Part shown: in pieces, positions 1 through 12,720 of the stretch
Layout of the letters: the number at the start of each line of letters is the position of its first letter
How positions within the stretch are numbered: position 1 is the stretch's first letter
NCBI GenBank assembly: GCA_028534125.1
Contig: CM052817.1
Span: forward strand, 8,186,001 to 8,250,000
Origin: Lama glama
Lineage: Eukaryota
DNA length: 64,000 bases
Direction: 5' to 3'
Program-made: the position numbers and the translations under genes
Notes under the pieces: model-generated
The model's input: the letters and a program-made list of their open reading frames with translations, nothing else
What the model was told of the DNA's origin: nothing
Databases searched by the model: none

Positions 1-2479
1 AGCATCACTGCACCAGAAACAGTCTCAGGGCTAAAAGTGACCCGAAGTGTAGGCAGGACCCAGCCTCCTACTGGGGGAGATTTGCTTTTTTGCTGGTAAA
101 TAAATTCTCTTTTACTGATTTTTGGCGATGTCTAGGAGAGACTGTTTGTGGGCTGCCACGTTTGGATGCTGTGCATGTAGACGGCTCGCTGGGATGCTTT
201 CTGAAACAGATTACAGAAACACTGGGCAGGGGAGCACTGGGCACGCGAGGCCCTGGGACTCAAGAAAGGTCCAGGCTCCTGGAGGGCAAGGCAGGGAATG
301 GGGACCACAAGCAGGAAAACGGTTGGCTTTCTGGCCCGTTGCTGGGAAGCAGAGCTGCGTTTCATCATGAAGACTAACTCAGCTTGCAAGACTCTGGCTC
401 TGCCTTCACTGTGCAGGATGGCATGTTGTGATTTGAAGATGAATCTGTGATAAACAGAAAATACCCTGGCTGGTGAGATAAGATCCCAAAGTGCTCACCA
501 GAGCAGAACGAGGGGCCAAGACTGATGAAAGCACAGTTCACGAAGCTGAATGGTCAGGCCCCGTTACTGGGTCCAAACAGTCGATGGGCCCAGTATCAGG
601 GAGAGGAGGTCTGACTCCCGAGCTGAGCTGGTGCGCAGCTCAGGCCGAGGGAGCCAGCAAGCCGGGGCGAGCTGAGGCGCGGTGTCTAGGAGACACGGCG
701 GACAGTCCTCTTCCAGATTCATTAGCACACACTTCGTGTAGAACATTTGCTTCTTAAAGAAAATAAAGGTAAACTGAAGCGAACGAACAAAAGGAGAAGA
801 CCTGGAAGCTGGCCCCCAGTGTGTCGGAGCAAGCTGTACGGGGGGCTCCCAGGGGAGAAGCTGCGGGGAGGCGGCTTCCACTGCACACAGGAAGAGAGCC
901 GGGGAGGTGACCTTCCCGGGCCCCGAGGCAACGTGCAGAGGCGGAAAGACCCTTCCAGAGGAGCTGCTGGGTAGTGATGGAGGCACTGACGGGTTGGCAG
1001 TACCTCCCCAGACCCCGCCCAACCCTGAGAATCTGTGAGGTTGTAACCACTCCAGAGCCCTGGAACCAATCAACCGAGGCCGAGGTATCTGGAGGGAAAA
1101 GAACCGCCTGTAAGTCACAGCCCCTCAAGTGCATTTGAGAAGCACCAGTAACCCAGGTGATTGCAGAGCCACACGTCACATATGGTTTATTTTTGTGGAA
1201 TGAATCTTAAAAGGCAAATCTGTTAGCTACTTTCAGACACTCAGGGGGAGATGCCGGGAAGAGCTACGGAAACTTCTCTGGGTTGGGCTCCACTGTACTG
1301 GACGATCTTCCAGGACTATTAAGGGGGAGGCAGTGGTGCTGGGCGGTGTCTCATCCGAGTGCACCCCTATTCTCTCTACCAGCAGGAACCCTGATTCTGT
1401 GGCTTCCGTCTACCTGAGCTGCGCCTCCTAGACAACACCTGTGCGACCACCACTGCACCTCCAGCCCTGTGAGCGCGAGTCTTCTGGCTCTAAAATCTGA
1501 TTCTCTCAGAAACTAACCAGGGCACGAATGGCTAATAATGTACAAGTTTAGAGGAATTAGAAATAGGTTGATTTTACATCTTTATGTAGACATATTACTT
1601 TATACTACAGTGGCAGATGTTAGTAAGTGATACTCTTGAAATAAATATTCCCGAACTTTCTGACTAATCTTGGGTAGTGAGATTATAGAAGACGATGCCA
1701 AGATGAACAGCTTGTGAATCACATTAAAAACAAAGTATTCTTGCTTCAGAGGAAGCTAAGACTGTAAAGAGACACAGCGTTTCTCAAAATGTGCTGTGGG
1801 GAAGGGAACGCTGAGGTTAACAGGCACAGTGACACAGGTGAGGGTGTGCAAAGTCCCACTGATGAAACTAAACAGGTCTCCTCCCTTCAGGACTAGGACA
1901 CGCCCTTAATGTCAATGTACAGTGTGGCTTAGAAGGACAGAGAACTCAGTGGCACTCCCCAAACGCATTTGACCACGGTCCTCTTTTTTCCAGAGGCCTC
2001 CGGCTCTTCTAGGGTTTGGGAGAACGTACCCTGGGAAATGTACGCAAGTCCAAAACGGCCGCACATAGGTGGTTTCGGGGGGGCGGACCTGTCCCAGGTG
2101 CACCTTAGCGCAGGGACGGACAGGCTGCTCCTCTCGCGCCACAGCTAAGCGCGCTGCTGCAGGGGCTGCGATGTATGACCTGTGTTTCCAGCACAGCGTC
2201 AGAGGTATCTGCTCACGCTCGATAAATATTTGTAAAGGAACTGATCTACCAAACAGGTAACTAAAACCTGGCGAAGATTCCAAAGTGATCCTCAGAAATG
2301 GTTTAAGAAGGAAAACGGGTTCTCCAAGCGGAACTGAAATGTCAGAGGGCTGAGCATATGCTCTCTGAAGATAAACCGAAAGGAAAGGGCTGACGAGTGG
2401 TGGGACTGAGTCAAAGAGAAGAACCCCGAGAAACCTGAAGCCGCCTGCTGGCTCTGGAAGCTCCCCGTGGCCCCGTTAC

Positions 2480-2633
2480 CTCTGAGCCTCTGATCTGGCG
2501 CTGGACCTTGTGGTGGCTCCAGAGGGCTCATCCTCTTCCTCCTCTTCCTCTTCCTCATCAGAATCCTGGTCTTTCTTGTCCTCAGTCGCTTCAGAAACTG
2601 ATTTCTGGCGTTTTCTTTCCGGCTCGGAGGATT
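2480..2633 (-). CDS. BOD1L1: BOD1L1 exon 25 (154 nt): ESSEPERKRQKSVSEATEDKKDQDSDEEEEEEEEDEPSGATTRSSARSEAQR; the final coding exon lies outside the window
   Basis: AACAG acceptor, AG|GTAACG donor; no stop codon, and no recognisable C-terminal exon in 1-2479. Confidence 0.94.
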
Positions 2634-3036
2634 CTGTTCAGAGAGAAGGGTAACACCTGGATTGTACACTTCCCAAGGGCAGAGTCACGCCGTTTGGAAC
2701 ATAGGATGTTAGAGACCTGGAGGCAGAAGAAGTGGTTTTCCACTTCCTTTTTGTTTCAGCACTTGCAATTCACAACTGTTTAACTTAATCTCAAACACAT
2801 TTGGGATAGTTTACTTAGGCAGTTCACAGCCAGCATTTGCGAAAAATTCACATGTACTCAGAAAAGCATCTGGGATGTACCATTTCTGACACAGGATTAG
2901 AGCCATTTCACACATATTTATGTAATATTAATACTAGCTGCACCCCACTGGATTTCCCCTCCTCCAAAGAAAACCTCTTAAAAAGGTGATTCTGAAATGA
3001 TAAGACTCTGGAATTAAGGATCTGCCAGGAACGTAC

Positions 3037-3118
3037 CAGCATCATCCGACAGAGTGAGCGAACGTTTGGGCTTTCTTCCTCTCCGCCGCACACTCGCCAC
3101 AGTTTTTTCTTCATCATC
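3037..3118 (-). CDS. BOD1L1: BOD1L1 exon 24 (82 nt): DDEEKTVASVRRRGRKPKRSLTLSDDA
   Basis: TTTTAG acceptor, G|GTACGT donor. Confidence 0.93.
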
Positions 3119-3215
3119 CTAAAGGCAATAAAATTAAAGTTGAAAGGGTGGTCACTGGAGCATCTACTAAGTTTATTTCTAAAGCTCACGTCTTGATAAC
3201 AGCATTAACACTTAC

Positions 3216-3265
3216 ATTGCTTCCACTTCGTTCTTGTAGGTTAAGTGTTTCTTTATTGGACTCAT
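3216..3265 (-). CDS. BOD1L1: BOD1L1 exon 23 (50 nt): DESNKETLNLQERSGSN
   Basis: TAAAG acceptor after a pyrimidine tract, AAT|GTAAGT donor. Confidence 0.91.
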
Positions 3266-5126
3266 CTTTAAGAAAAGGAAAATCTCTGCATTAATACTTT
3301 ATCACATTAAATTTCAACAGTCTGCCTTGTAGTCTATGAATGTACCAGAGCTAATTAAGGTACTGTTACACAATTTATCATTATTTTTTGCAGCAGCCAA
3401 GCAAAGGTCGAGGTGGAATACCTAAGCAGAGAGCATGGCAGAACAAAAGCCAGGACGCTGAAGTCTGCATATTAGACCTGTCACAAATAAGCTATGTGAT
3501 CTGGGCTTATTACTTAAATTCCCCAAGCCTGAGTTTTTTCACCTGTGAGATAAGGAGTTGGGCTACACCACCTTCATGGTCTCTCTTTCAGCTCAAATCC
3601 CCTGAACCCGAAAAGGGAAGAGGGAGGGGACAACTAGGGAGCCCCCCAAGATGCAGCAGGAACCACAGGGCAGGCTTACAGACTTCACTGAAACCACAAT
3701 GTAGCTCTCTATATAGTACAACCCCCGTTTTGTAGTCAGGAAAAACGAGGTCTGAGCAACTAGTTCAGAGTCACATAACCAGCAGGTGGGGTGGTAGGTG
3801 GGATTCTTTCGCCTCCACGCACTTATATCATGGTATCTAGAGAAGTGACATTTCATAAGCCCATTTTAGGTTGTATTTGCCTATTCTTTATATATTTGCT
3901 TTCTGTAGATGTTACCATTTTCTGAGAATGTATCTTGGTTGAAAAAAAAGTGAAGCTAAAATTATGAGGATGCTGATGAGACAATCAATAACCCAAAGGT
4001 GGACTTAATAGTGAGGAAGACCGTGTCGCTGCCTTTTCTCCAAGTTCACTTTGCTAACACAGAGAGAAGAGTTAAAAACCAAGAACAAGGCCCACAGAGA
4101 AGAATCCAGTCTCAAAAGGGTTACCCAGATTCGGAAAATGACTGATGAACGAGCCTCAAACATAATCACATGCTTAAAATAGTCTTTAAAGGACATTCGA
4201 ATTATAAAGATTTCTTCTTCTATGAATTTACATTATAAAATTATGAATAAAAATGGTTAAAAATGAAATACTAGGAGAATCTCCTTTTGTTAAAAAAAAA
4301 AACCTCCTTAATTTTCAAAGAGACAAGAAAAAGCATGATCACAGGATCACACACACAGTCAAATGTGGGAAAACCTTTAAATTACACAGTTGCTTTGCCT
4401 TGATATCACAACATGTACTTTCCTGATCTGACCACGCTGTTTATTTGATTCAAAATAGCTGTCGTATTCATCTTTCTTTGCCTATGTCAACACTTAAAAA
4501 ATCTACCAATTGCTCTTTTTGCTTTTATGTAAAAAGATTTAAACTGTGAATTTAATATATACACGTGGTAAACACTCTGGAAAATGCAGGCAGCAGTAAC
4601 AACACGGAGGGCTCCTATCATCTCACCACCCAGAGCTAAACATTATCAGCATTTTGGAATATTTTTTTTCTCCTTGGAATGAGGCCAAAAATACTTCACT
4701 GAAACAATTTTCTCTCTTGCATCCTAGCTCTGTAAGCTGCACAGGCTGCTTTCAGAATTCTCCTTCTGAGAACAAGAGCCTCTTGGGCTGAACTCCTGTC
4801 TTCCTGATAAGAGTGCCAGTCCCCACGCTGATCTACTTGTCCCTGACACATGTCCTGCAAAGTGTGGTTTGGACACAGTGGTGCCTTCCCTCTTTGGCTT
4901 TTTGTTGCCTTCGCCCTCCTCCCTGAAGGCTTTCCAGACTAACAGAACCCAGAATGACTCAGATCACAGGAAAAGCCAAGAGCTATGGTCTCTCATGGCT
5001 ACAAGGGCAGCCTTTTCCACCAAGGAAGGCACCCGCATCACTGAGAAGCGTGACACTCTACAACCTTCCCTGACAGCCAGCTCCCCCCACCCCCAGATCA
5101 CACAGGGCAGGGCTTCAGGCACACAC

Positions 5127-5172
5127 CCGTTTGCATCACTCTCAGTTTGCTGCCAGGTGGAGACTGTTCTAC
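5127..5172 (-). CDS. BOD1L1: BOD1L1 exon 22 (46 nt): VEQSPPGSKLRVMQT
   Basis: TTTAG acceptor, G|GTGTGT donor. Confidence 0.9.
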
Positions 5173-6211
5173 CTAAATTTAAAAAAACAAAGTTGAAGTC
5201 AGTCGTTTGTCATCATAACATAAAAAGTTAATCAATAATGTAAAGAAGGTTTAGAACTGCTGTTTATTACACAGGCAGCATATTTGGAACCTACTTTCTG
5301 CAGTTGACTATACCAAGCCATGGCTGCCTATGACTCTGAACACACAGGCCTTTCCAGAAGGAGAACTAGGGCTGCCACAAGCCTCTTCCCTGGCCACTCT
5401 GCTGCTGCACCGGGAAACGTTCACTGGAGGTCCCCCAACCCTGGCAAACCATCTTACGTGCTGGTAAATGCATTCACACCCTTACATGTGGCTCTTTGTT
5501 TCTGTTATCTTGTAAGAATTCTCATGAGATAATTAATGCAGGTATTGTTATATCCAAGGAAATGGGAGTCTCAAGAGGGTCACACAATTGGCACAGTGTC
5601 ACAGATCTGCAAGTAAGTGGCAGAGCTGGGGCTTGAGTCCCACTTGCTTTTGTTAGGTCAGTGGGCGTGCTTTGTCCCCTTAACAATGCTATCACTGAAA
5701 CCCAGGCAATGAAGCCTTGATATAATAATTTTGTTGGGTATACACTTCAGAACCAAAGATAAAGAACGTCAGAAAAGATAAAGCAGTACTGTGGATTTTC
5801 CTGCACTGAAGCTAGCATACATTTTATAAAATTAACTCCACAGAAAGTAGTAAGATGGTGAGACACTTTGAAGGTTTCCAAAAAGAAACTACTGTCTAAA
5901 AATCATACAAAACATCTATTTTCCATACTTTAATCAAGGGTGACAAGAAGATAAGCCCCTAAATAATTTTTATATGCCAAGCTCACAAGTGAGGATAGAG
6001 CCAGACTGAATTACAACTGATATAATTATGTTTACATGAAGCTATCAGTAATCAAAATATCTTTGGAATGGTTATTTGATGTTTTATTTATGAAAGTCTT
6101 TTAAAGCTTTTCAAATACTTAAGAAAAAGGTAGTTGAAAATACTAATGGTGCAGTGAACTCTTTCTAGGGCAAGAGCAGATGTCTGAGTTCTCATTTCTG
6201 CAGTTACTTAC

Positions 6212-6246
6212 GGTGACGATGCCAGTATCTGTTTTGTAGTCATCTT
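6212..6246 (-). CDS. BOD1L1: BOD1L1 exon 21 (35 nt): KDDYKTDTGIVT
   Basis: TTTTTAG acceptor, ACC|GTAAGT donor; preceded by an 81-nt intron. Confidence 0.92.
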
Positions 6247-6327
6247 CTAAAAAATGAAAAGTACAAGTCTTAGAAAATTAGTTCGAAAACCTCTTGCATG
6301 TGAACTGAAAAGACACCAAATACCTAC

Positions 6328-6403
6328 TTGTTTTTAATGCTATTTCTACAGGGTATTTACGAGGTCTTCCTCTTTTCCTTTTAATAATTACTGGTTGATC
6401 TTC
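6328..6403 (-). CDS. BOD1L1: BOD1L1 exon 20 (76 nt): EDQPVIIKRKRGRPRKYPVEIALKT; contains an AT-hook (KRKRGRPRK, 6356-6382)
   Basis: CTTAG acceptor; the A|GTAGGT donor is required for frame; canonical R-G-R-P AT-hook core. Confidence 0.93.
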
Positions 6404-7426
6404 CTAAGGGGAAAAGAAAAAAAAGCAGTAAAAATTTTTCACTCTGTATTATGCAATAGTTTGTCTTCCCAAAATAGGATTTAGAGTTCCCTCATCAGAG
6501 GCCTCGAATCCCAGCTGCGTCTCCTAAAAAATACGTGATCCTGGGTTTGGTGCTTCACTGCTCTCAGTGCAATTCCCTCACCTGATAAACATTGCTAACT
6601 GGAGTAGAATTTACCGAGTCGTGAGGATTATGGGATTTAGGTAATGGAAATAAGCTCTCAGTGTTAGCTTTTACTTCTGTAATAAATATATGTGTCCATT
6701 TAAATGTGGATTTAGTCCTAGTCACTTGTGACCAAATGTGATTACTTATAAAAAAAAAAAAAGGAGGCCACTGAAAACAAACAGAACTATTAAAAAGTTA
6801 TATCAAGACTGGCAAACTTGGCAATGTCTAGAAGACCTGGCTGGTGTACAGGTTGTTTCCCTTGATTTATGGGCCTCTGTCTCACGTCACCAGGATTCTG
6901 TGCCCTCCTGGGCTCTCGCAAATCTGAAGGGGCCTGTAACGGGTAGTGCTGGAGGTATGCCTGCTCCTGCAGCCTCCCAGGAGTCCCTGACGTCGCCTCT
7001 TCAAACTGGGTCCCGTTCGGCACTTGCCGCAGGCCTTCTGCGCACCCTGCTGCTGCCCCCATTTCTTCCTGCCAGACTCCAGGGCTCGGCAGCCCTGTTT
7101 TCTGACCTGAACTGGTGCCTGGCCTGGCCGTGCTAAGCTGCCAAGTTAGGAACTAACATGGACACCAAGGTACAGCTCTCGGCCGATCCCACGTGGCTGA
7201 CACAATTAGGTCTCATACAAACGTTTGGATAAAATGAAGATATACAGAACAGAATTAATCAAGATGACAGTGATCAAGTGTACCGCATGAAATGCTGTCC
7301 CAATGTACTAAAAAAAAAGCTACTTCAAAAGTACTTAAGAAATATGGGGAATAGCATTGAGTGCATTTTATTTGTTTTTAGTACTTAAATGAATCTAAAC
7401 AAATAAATACGAAAAACATTCCTCAC

Positions 7427-7500
7427 CTCCTGAGATTTTATGCTGTCATCATCATTCTGCTCTGTCTTTTCACCAGGAGCTTCACCACTGCTATATTCAT
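7427..7500 (-). CDS. BOD1L1: BOD1L1 exon 19 (74 nt): DEYSSGEAPGEKTEQNDDDSIKSQE
   Basis: (CT)nGCAG acceptor, GAG|GTGAGG donor. Confidence 0.93.
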
Positions 7501-7859
7501 CTGCAGAGAGAGCAGAGCTCTGTTCACTGATGGGGACCACAGTCAGCCAGGACACCTACCGAGGGGACCTGTGTCGTCCCTGTCACGTGCACACACAGAC
7601 TCCATTCTCAGGCGGACACCACTGAAGTTAATAAGCTGGAGTCTGGTTAGCTGATAAGAAGCACACTTTGGGTAGGACAGGATCCAGACTACAAATCCTA
7701 AGCCCTAGTGATACTCAGCACATCAGACTGTGTTACAAAAGGGAAGGCAAGTCAGCGAACTGCAGTTTCAGCTGGCGGAGCCTCGTGAGAGATGTGCTGG
7801 CTGCTTTGAAGCATTAGTCTCTTCTCAGAACAATTTCTCTACGTAGACGTGCTGCTCAC

Positions 7860-7944
7860 CTTTTTCTTCCATGGCCCTTGAAGCAGAGCTGTTTGCCTTA
7901 GAACTTGTTTTCAATAACTCTTCCAAATCTTCAGAATTCTCTTC
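7860..7944 (-). CDS. BOD1L1: BOD1L1 exon 18 (85 nt): EENSEDLEELLKTSSKANSSASRAMEEK
   Basis: CTGTAG acceptor, G|GTGAGC donor. Confidence 0.93.
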
Positions 7945-9109
7945 CTACAGAGAAGGTGAACAAGACAAGGAGCTTCTTTTTCATACTTGACCCTGCTTCC
8001 CCTTACCCTCCCCAAAGTTTTCCTTTCAATTTCAACAACATATTCCAAGCAGTATTTCAGATGTTTGTTGGAAATTTTTTAAAAAGTAACTATTTTGCTG
8101 CTCAGGAGACTATATAAAAAGATAACAAATTCTGCAGGCAGAAAAGCATGAGATAAGGTTCAACTATAAAGCAACAAGGCCATTATTTTTTCCTTGCAAA
8201 GAGGAAGTCACTCAGCTCCCTCACCCTGGACTTTTTAAGAGAAACTCCAAAGAAAGAACTGAAAGGGATTTACAACGCATTATTTTTTCTTTGTTGGGTG
8301 GTGGAGGGGAGGGACTGGGGGAAAGGGATAAAGCAGAAGGTAACAAAGAGAACTGCTGATTTCTCAACAGTTGAATTATTTGCCTTTAGTTGCAAAAAAA
8401 GTTTTGAGCATGAAATACCAAATTGTTTGTACTATAATACTAATATAATTATAAACAAAAATATACAAATTAAATTTAAAATCAGAATACTGTTTTATAA
8501 TGTTATTATTTGTATATATGATTTTTAAATGAAAATGGTTAAGGTAGAGTATATTTAAATTTAACATTAAAAAATTTACACTAAATTGAAGGGAAAATAA
8601 AAGTATACCCTTTAACTGCTTCTCTCCAAATTCAGGAGTACTGTCTCGAGGCTTTTGTTCTGGATAGGGCAGGGCAGTGATGGGCTTTTTAAAAGCCAGT
8701 TTCTTTCCTTGGCCATGACCAACTGAAATTCATGGCAAAGTGTGACTTTACCGCTTTCGTTGTTAAAATTCTTCTACTACTTTTTATTTAGTTTATCAGT
8801 TACCGTGTGAAAAAGAGACTACAAACTGGTTTCAGTGAGCTGGAAGTCAGCTGCATGTTTTTATAAGCTGACAAATACTTTTATAAGGTGACAAATACAA
8901 AACAAAGTGGAGAAAAACGAATTAGGGAAAGAGAGAGAATGAGAAGAGGGAGGGAGACTGAATAGACAATGAGAAGTACTGAGTCTCAGAAACAAGAGGA
9001 CACCTAAGAAGAGGTATCTACCAGGGAATGGAGAAGCCTGGGCCCAGAACAAGAGATGGTAAGAGCAGAAATAAAAAATCGTGAGCCACTTTCCTGAGTC
9101 ACGGATGAG

Positions 9110-9598
9110 AATAAGAGTAAAATAATGTCATGGATGGACAACATGGATGGACCTAGAAATCATCATTCTAAGTGAAGGAAGCCAGAAAGAGAAAGAAAAA
9201 TACCATATGATATCACTCATATGTGGAATCTAAAAAAATAGAAAAAAAGAGGACACTAATGAACTCATCCACAAAACAGAAACAGACTCGCAGGACATAG
9301 TTAACAATCTTATGGTTACTGGGGGAAAGGGGGTGAGAGAGGATAAATTTGGGAGTTTGAGATTTGCAAATGTTAGCCACTATATACAAAAATAGATTTA
9401 AAAAAAGCAAATTTCTTCTGTACAGCACAGGGAACTATATTCAGTATCTTATAATAACCTTTGATGAAAAAGAATATGAAAATGAATATATGTATGTATA
9501 TGCATGACTAGGACATTGTACTGTACACCAGAAACTGACACCTTGTAACTGACTGTACTTCAATTAAAAAAAAAAATCCAATCTGGGGGAAAAAAGAA
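9110..9598 (+). mobile_element. 5'-truncated LINE-1 3' end
   Basis: CAACATGGATGGACCTAGA...ATATCACTCATATGTGGAATCTAAAA...ACAGGGAACTATATTCA motifs followed by poly-A. Confidence 0.9.
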
Positions 9599-10074
9599 CA
9601 TAGGAGAAAAAAGTAATAACTGAGGAGGGCCCATCGTTGGACTACCTATATTTTAGGGGCTGGAGGTATGGTAAAGAGAAGGACGAATATTAAAAATTTT
9701 AAATAGTATGTATCACTGAATTTCACTGTTCAGGTACAAGTATATCTGTAATAAAGCATACTACATTTTGGAAGAAAGCAGGTAGAAACCTAAAGAAGTT
9801 AATAAAACGACTGAACAAAAACCTAAGCAATGATCATATTTAAAATGTGGCATTAATACAATCTTGCAGTTTAAGATCATTAAGTGCAACATTTTTTTCT
9901 TTGAGAGCCTAAAAATTATACCTCTTTTATAATAAAGTGATTATTATTAGAGATACATAAAGTAAAAGGGATACAAGAACTCTCTCTCTCTCTATATATA
10001 TAGATAAAGTAAGTATTCACAGTGATATAATTAGGTTACTTCTAAAACTTAAAATTAATATGTGGAAAAAATAC

Positions 10075-10154
10075 CTTTGCATCTTGTGGCTCAGTTTCAG
10101 AACATTGCCTCTCTGCTGCTTCTATTTTGGAATCCAGGACATCTGGATTATCAT
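10075..10154 (-). CDS. BOD1L1: BOD1L1 exon 17 (80 nt): DDNPDVLDSKIEAAERQCSETEPQDAK
   Basis: TTACAG acceptor, AAG|GTATTT donor. Confidence 0.93.
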
Positions 10155-10789
10155 CTGTAAATCAGTTTGGACAGAATCACAAAGGAATAAAAGCTAAATG
10201 AAAAATGAAATGCACAGTTCTATTTTAAGACCGTTTGAGACTTCTTTCTTAGGCTTATGATGCAGTGAAACCAAAGTTATTCTAAACATCCTTATAATGT
10301 CATGTGATTTGAGCACTAAACACTGGCCTTGGCCCTAGCAAAGTGAAAAAAGTAAAAAATAAAACAAAAAAATCTACAAATGCTCAAATGACACCAACAA
10401 AGCAGTAGCCTCTATGGAGAGGGCTCAGGACATACAGAGTTCCCAGAGACATCGTTAGCTTCCTGAATGAGTTACCACCTAAGAGGCACGGCTCAGTGAT
10501 TCAGACCATGATCTCGGGAATCAGATTTACTTGGTGGAGATGGTCACAATTTCTCAGAATCTTAATTTCTTTATTTATAAAATGGCAACAATACCTAACC
10601 CACAGTTATTAGGAATGTGTATAAAGTACCATGAATAGTATCTGCCTACAGCATGAACTCAGTAATTATAAAATGATCACATGCTCCTAACCAAAAAATG
10701 AAAGCATTTAATTATCCATTCTTTCCCACATATTATTTAACAAGTGTTTATTAAGTTCGCACTTTGTGTCAGGAATCAAAGTGTAAAAG

Positions 10790-10960
10790 CCTCTGCACTG
10801 TCAGGAGTCACCTGCCACGTGTGGCCACTGAAATTTAAATTAAGTTGAATGCAATTAAAAAGTCAGTCTTTCATTCACTGATCACATTCAAATGCTCAAG
10901 TCACACATGGCTGGTGGCTACTACTAGACAAGGCGAACAGAGAACACTTCCATCACTGCA
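10790..10960. mobile_element. MER3-like hAT MITE
   Basis: GCCACGTGTGGCCACTGAAATT...CACATTCAAATGCTCAAGTCACACATGGCTGGTGGCTAC...CCATCACTGCA. Confidence 0.65.
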
Positions 10961-11371
10961 GCAATGGCGTCGTTACGGACCGAGACCACAACCGTACGAG
11001 GCACAGAAGGGCTATTATCACATATACGTTACTACGGGGCTTCACTAGTTCTGGGGCGGGGGCTGCTTATGATATAAAATAAGGACCTCAGTGACATCTG
11101 GCTGGGCCCCAGGCCCAGATTACAGAGAGAGGCTGGGTTTTTGTGATTTCCAGGGGCTGGGTATTCTGCAGGAACAATCCAGTTTCTCAGTCAAGTCCAG
11201 AAAGACCCTGGAGGTATCAAGTAAGTCTGGAAACAAACCAGACTCAAGCGTTATAAAGTAAAAAAATTACTACCCTCAAGAATCTTCTATGTTATTGGCC
11301 CACCATTTTGGATATGAAGATAATATGATTCTCAAACACGTCTGAAACAGAAACACAAATGCTCTCAGTAC

Positions 11372-11444
11372 CTAGCTCATCTTCTGAAGAGTGGTACTGC
11401 TTCTTCCTTTTGCTTTTAGGCATATCCGTTTCTTCCTCTTCAAC
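11372..11444 (-). CDS. BOD1L1: BOD1L1 exon 16 (73 nt): VEEEETDMPKSKRKKQYHSSEDEL
   Basis: TTCCAG acceptor, G|GTACTG donor. Confidence 0.92.
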
Positions 11445-12076
11445 CTGGAATTAAGAGTGACTATATTAAAGGCAGTAGAATTTGGATCCAAACCTACTAA
11501 AAGAGGGCACATATTGTATTAGTTTCTAGGTTTTGGAATAAAATTTCTAAAAATCTAGAATAATATTTCTGGCATTTAGATCTGGATTAGATTCATTTTA
11601 TAAGCTTGAGTCTTCTTTATTTTTTTTTTTTAAGATTTGAATGTAAATTCATTCAAAACATCCAAATCTATTTCTGGTTATTTCTAAAATATGTTAAAAT
11701 ATGCTAAAATAATTCTCTAAAATATATTAAAAAGAATTCTCATTTACCATCTCTGAAATCAAGCTATGTCTTATAACTGACGGCATGTCATAAGTTGATT
11801 GGCAGCACTTCTCTCCTCTCAGTGGTCCACTAAGGAACTGACGAAAGGCAGTACATGAAAAAACATCCTTGGCTATCCAGTATGGACATGCCCAAATAAT
11901 CCTGGACCTGCCAAACTACCTAAAGCTTACAAGAGCATAAACAAGTCAAAGTGATGTGGAGAACTCTTAACATATGCTCTCAATTTTTAATACATACAAA
12001 GAAGCAAAGCCTTTGTGCACAGAAGGAAACACCACACATAAAACATGAAATATTTGACTTTCTTATGAAAACCCAC

Positions 12077-12150
12077 CTCTTTAGTAGGATTTTCTCCAAC
12101 ACTATGACCTCTTGTGGCTTCCGTGTTGTCTCTTCCATCACTGGATATCT
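12077..12150 (-). CDS. BOD1L1: BOD1L1 exon 15 (74 nt): EISSDGRDNTEATRGHSVGENPTKE
   Basis: CTCAG acceptor, GAG|GTGGGT donor. Confidence 0.9.
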
Positions 12151-12229
12151 CTGAGTAATAAATTGGGAAAATGAAAGATCCTGTTTCAACATCATCAGAT
12201 TATAAGCATTCAACACCAAAAGTCTGACA

Positions 12230-12720
12230 ACACCAAACATGGGAGAAGGCGTGGAGTGACAACTGCCACACACTTGGGGACAATGCGGCCCATTCAAAAA
12301 GCTGAAGAGGTGCCTATCAAACCAGCAGCTCCACATCTAGAGTTATAGGGACACTGCATGTGCACTGGGAAATTGGTGCATGGTGGCTCTCTCTGTGACT
12401 GGGACAAGCTGCAAAACCCCTAAATGCCCACTAACAAAAGAAGTAAAACAGTAACTGTGGTATAGTCACACAGTGTAACACTAAAGAGCCACTGAAATAA
12501 AGTAACTAGAATTATACATATCAATATGACAAAAAAAGATGGGGATTGTGGAGGGTATAATATGCATTCAACTATATCTGTAACATTTAAAAAAAAAGGT
12601 TATGAAGCAAATGTTAACCTTTTTATGTCATTTTAAGATAAGACAAATCTAGGTGATGAGTACATGGGAGTTTATAATTATTGCTGCTTTGCTTTGATTG
12701 AATATGGCACATAATACGTT
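12230..12720 (+). mobile_element. Ancient L1 (L1ME-like) fragment
   Basis: Degenerate AAATGCCCACTAACA...ACTGTGGTATAGTCACACAGTG motifs. Confidence 0.55.

Noticed and set aside
70..240. MER20-like words (TTTGGCGATGTCTAGGAGAGAC) at the window start
   Set aside because: Too degenerate to assign a family or boundaries by eye.
640..687. Possible terminal exon of BOD1L1 (CTCCTAG|ACACC..., giving R-HRASARPGLLAPSA-stop)
   Set aside because: It does not resemble the basic BOD1L1 C-terminus as I recall it, and its pyrimidine tract is poor. The true last exon is most likely outside the window.
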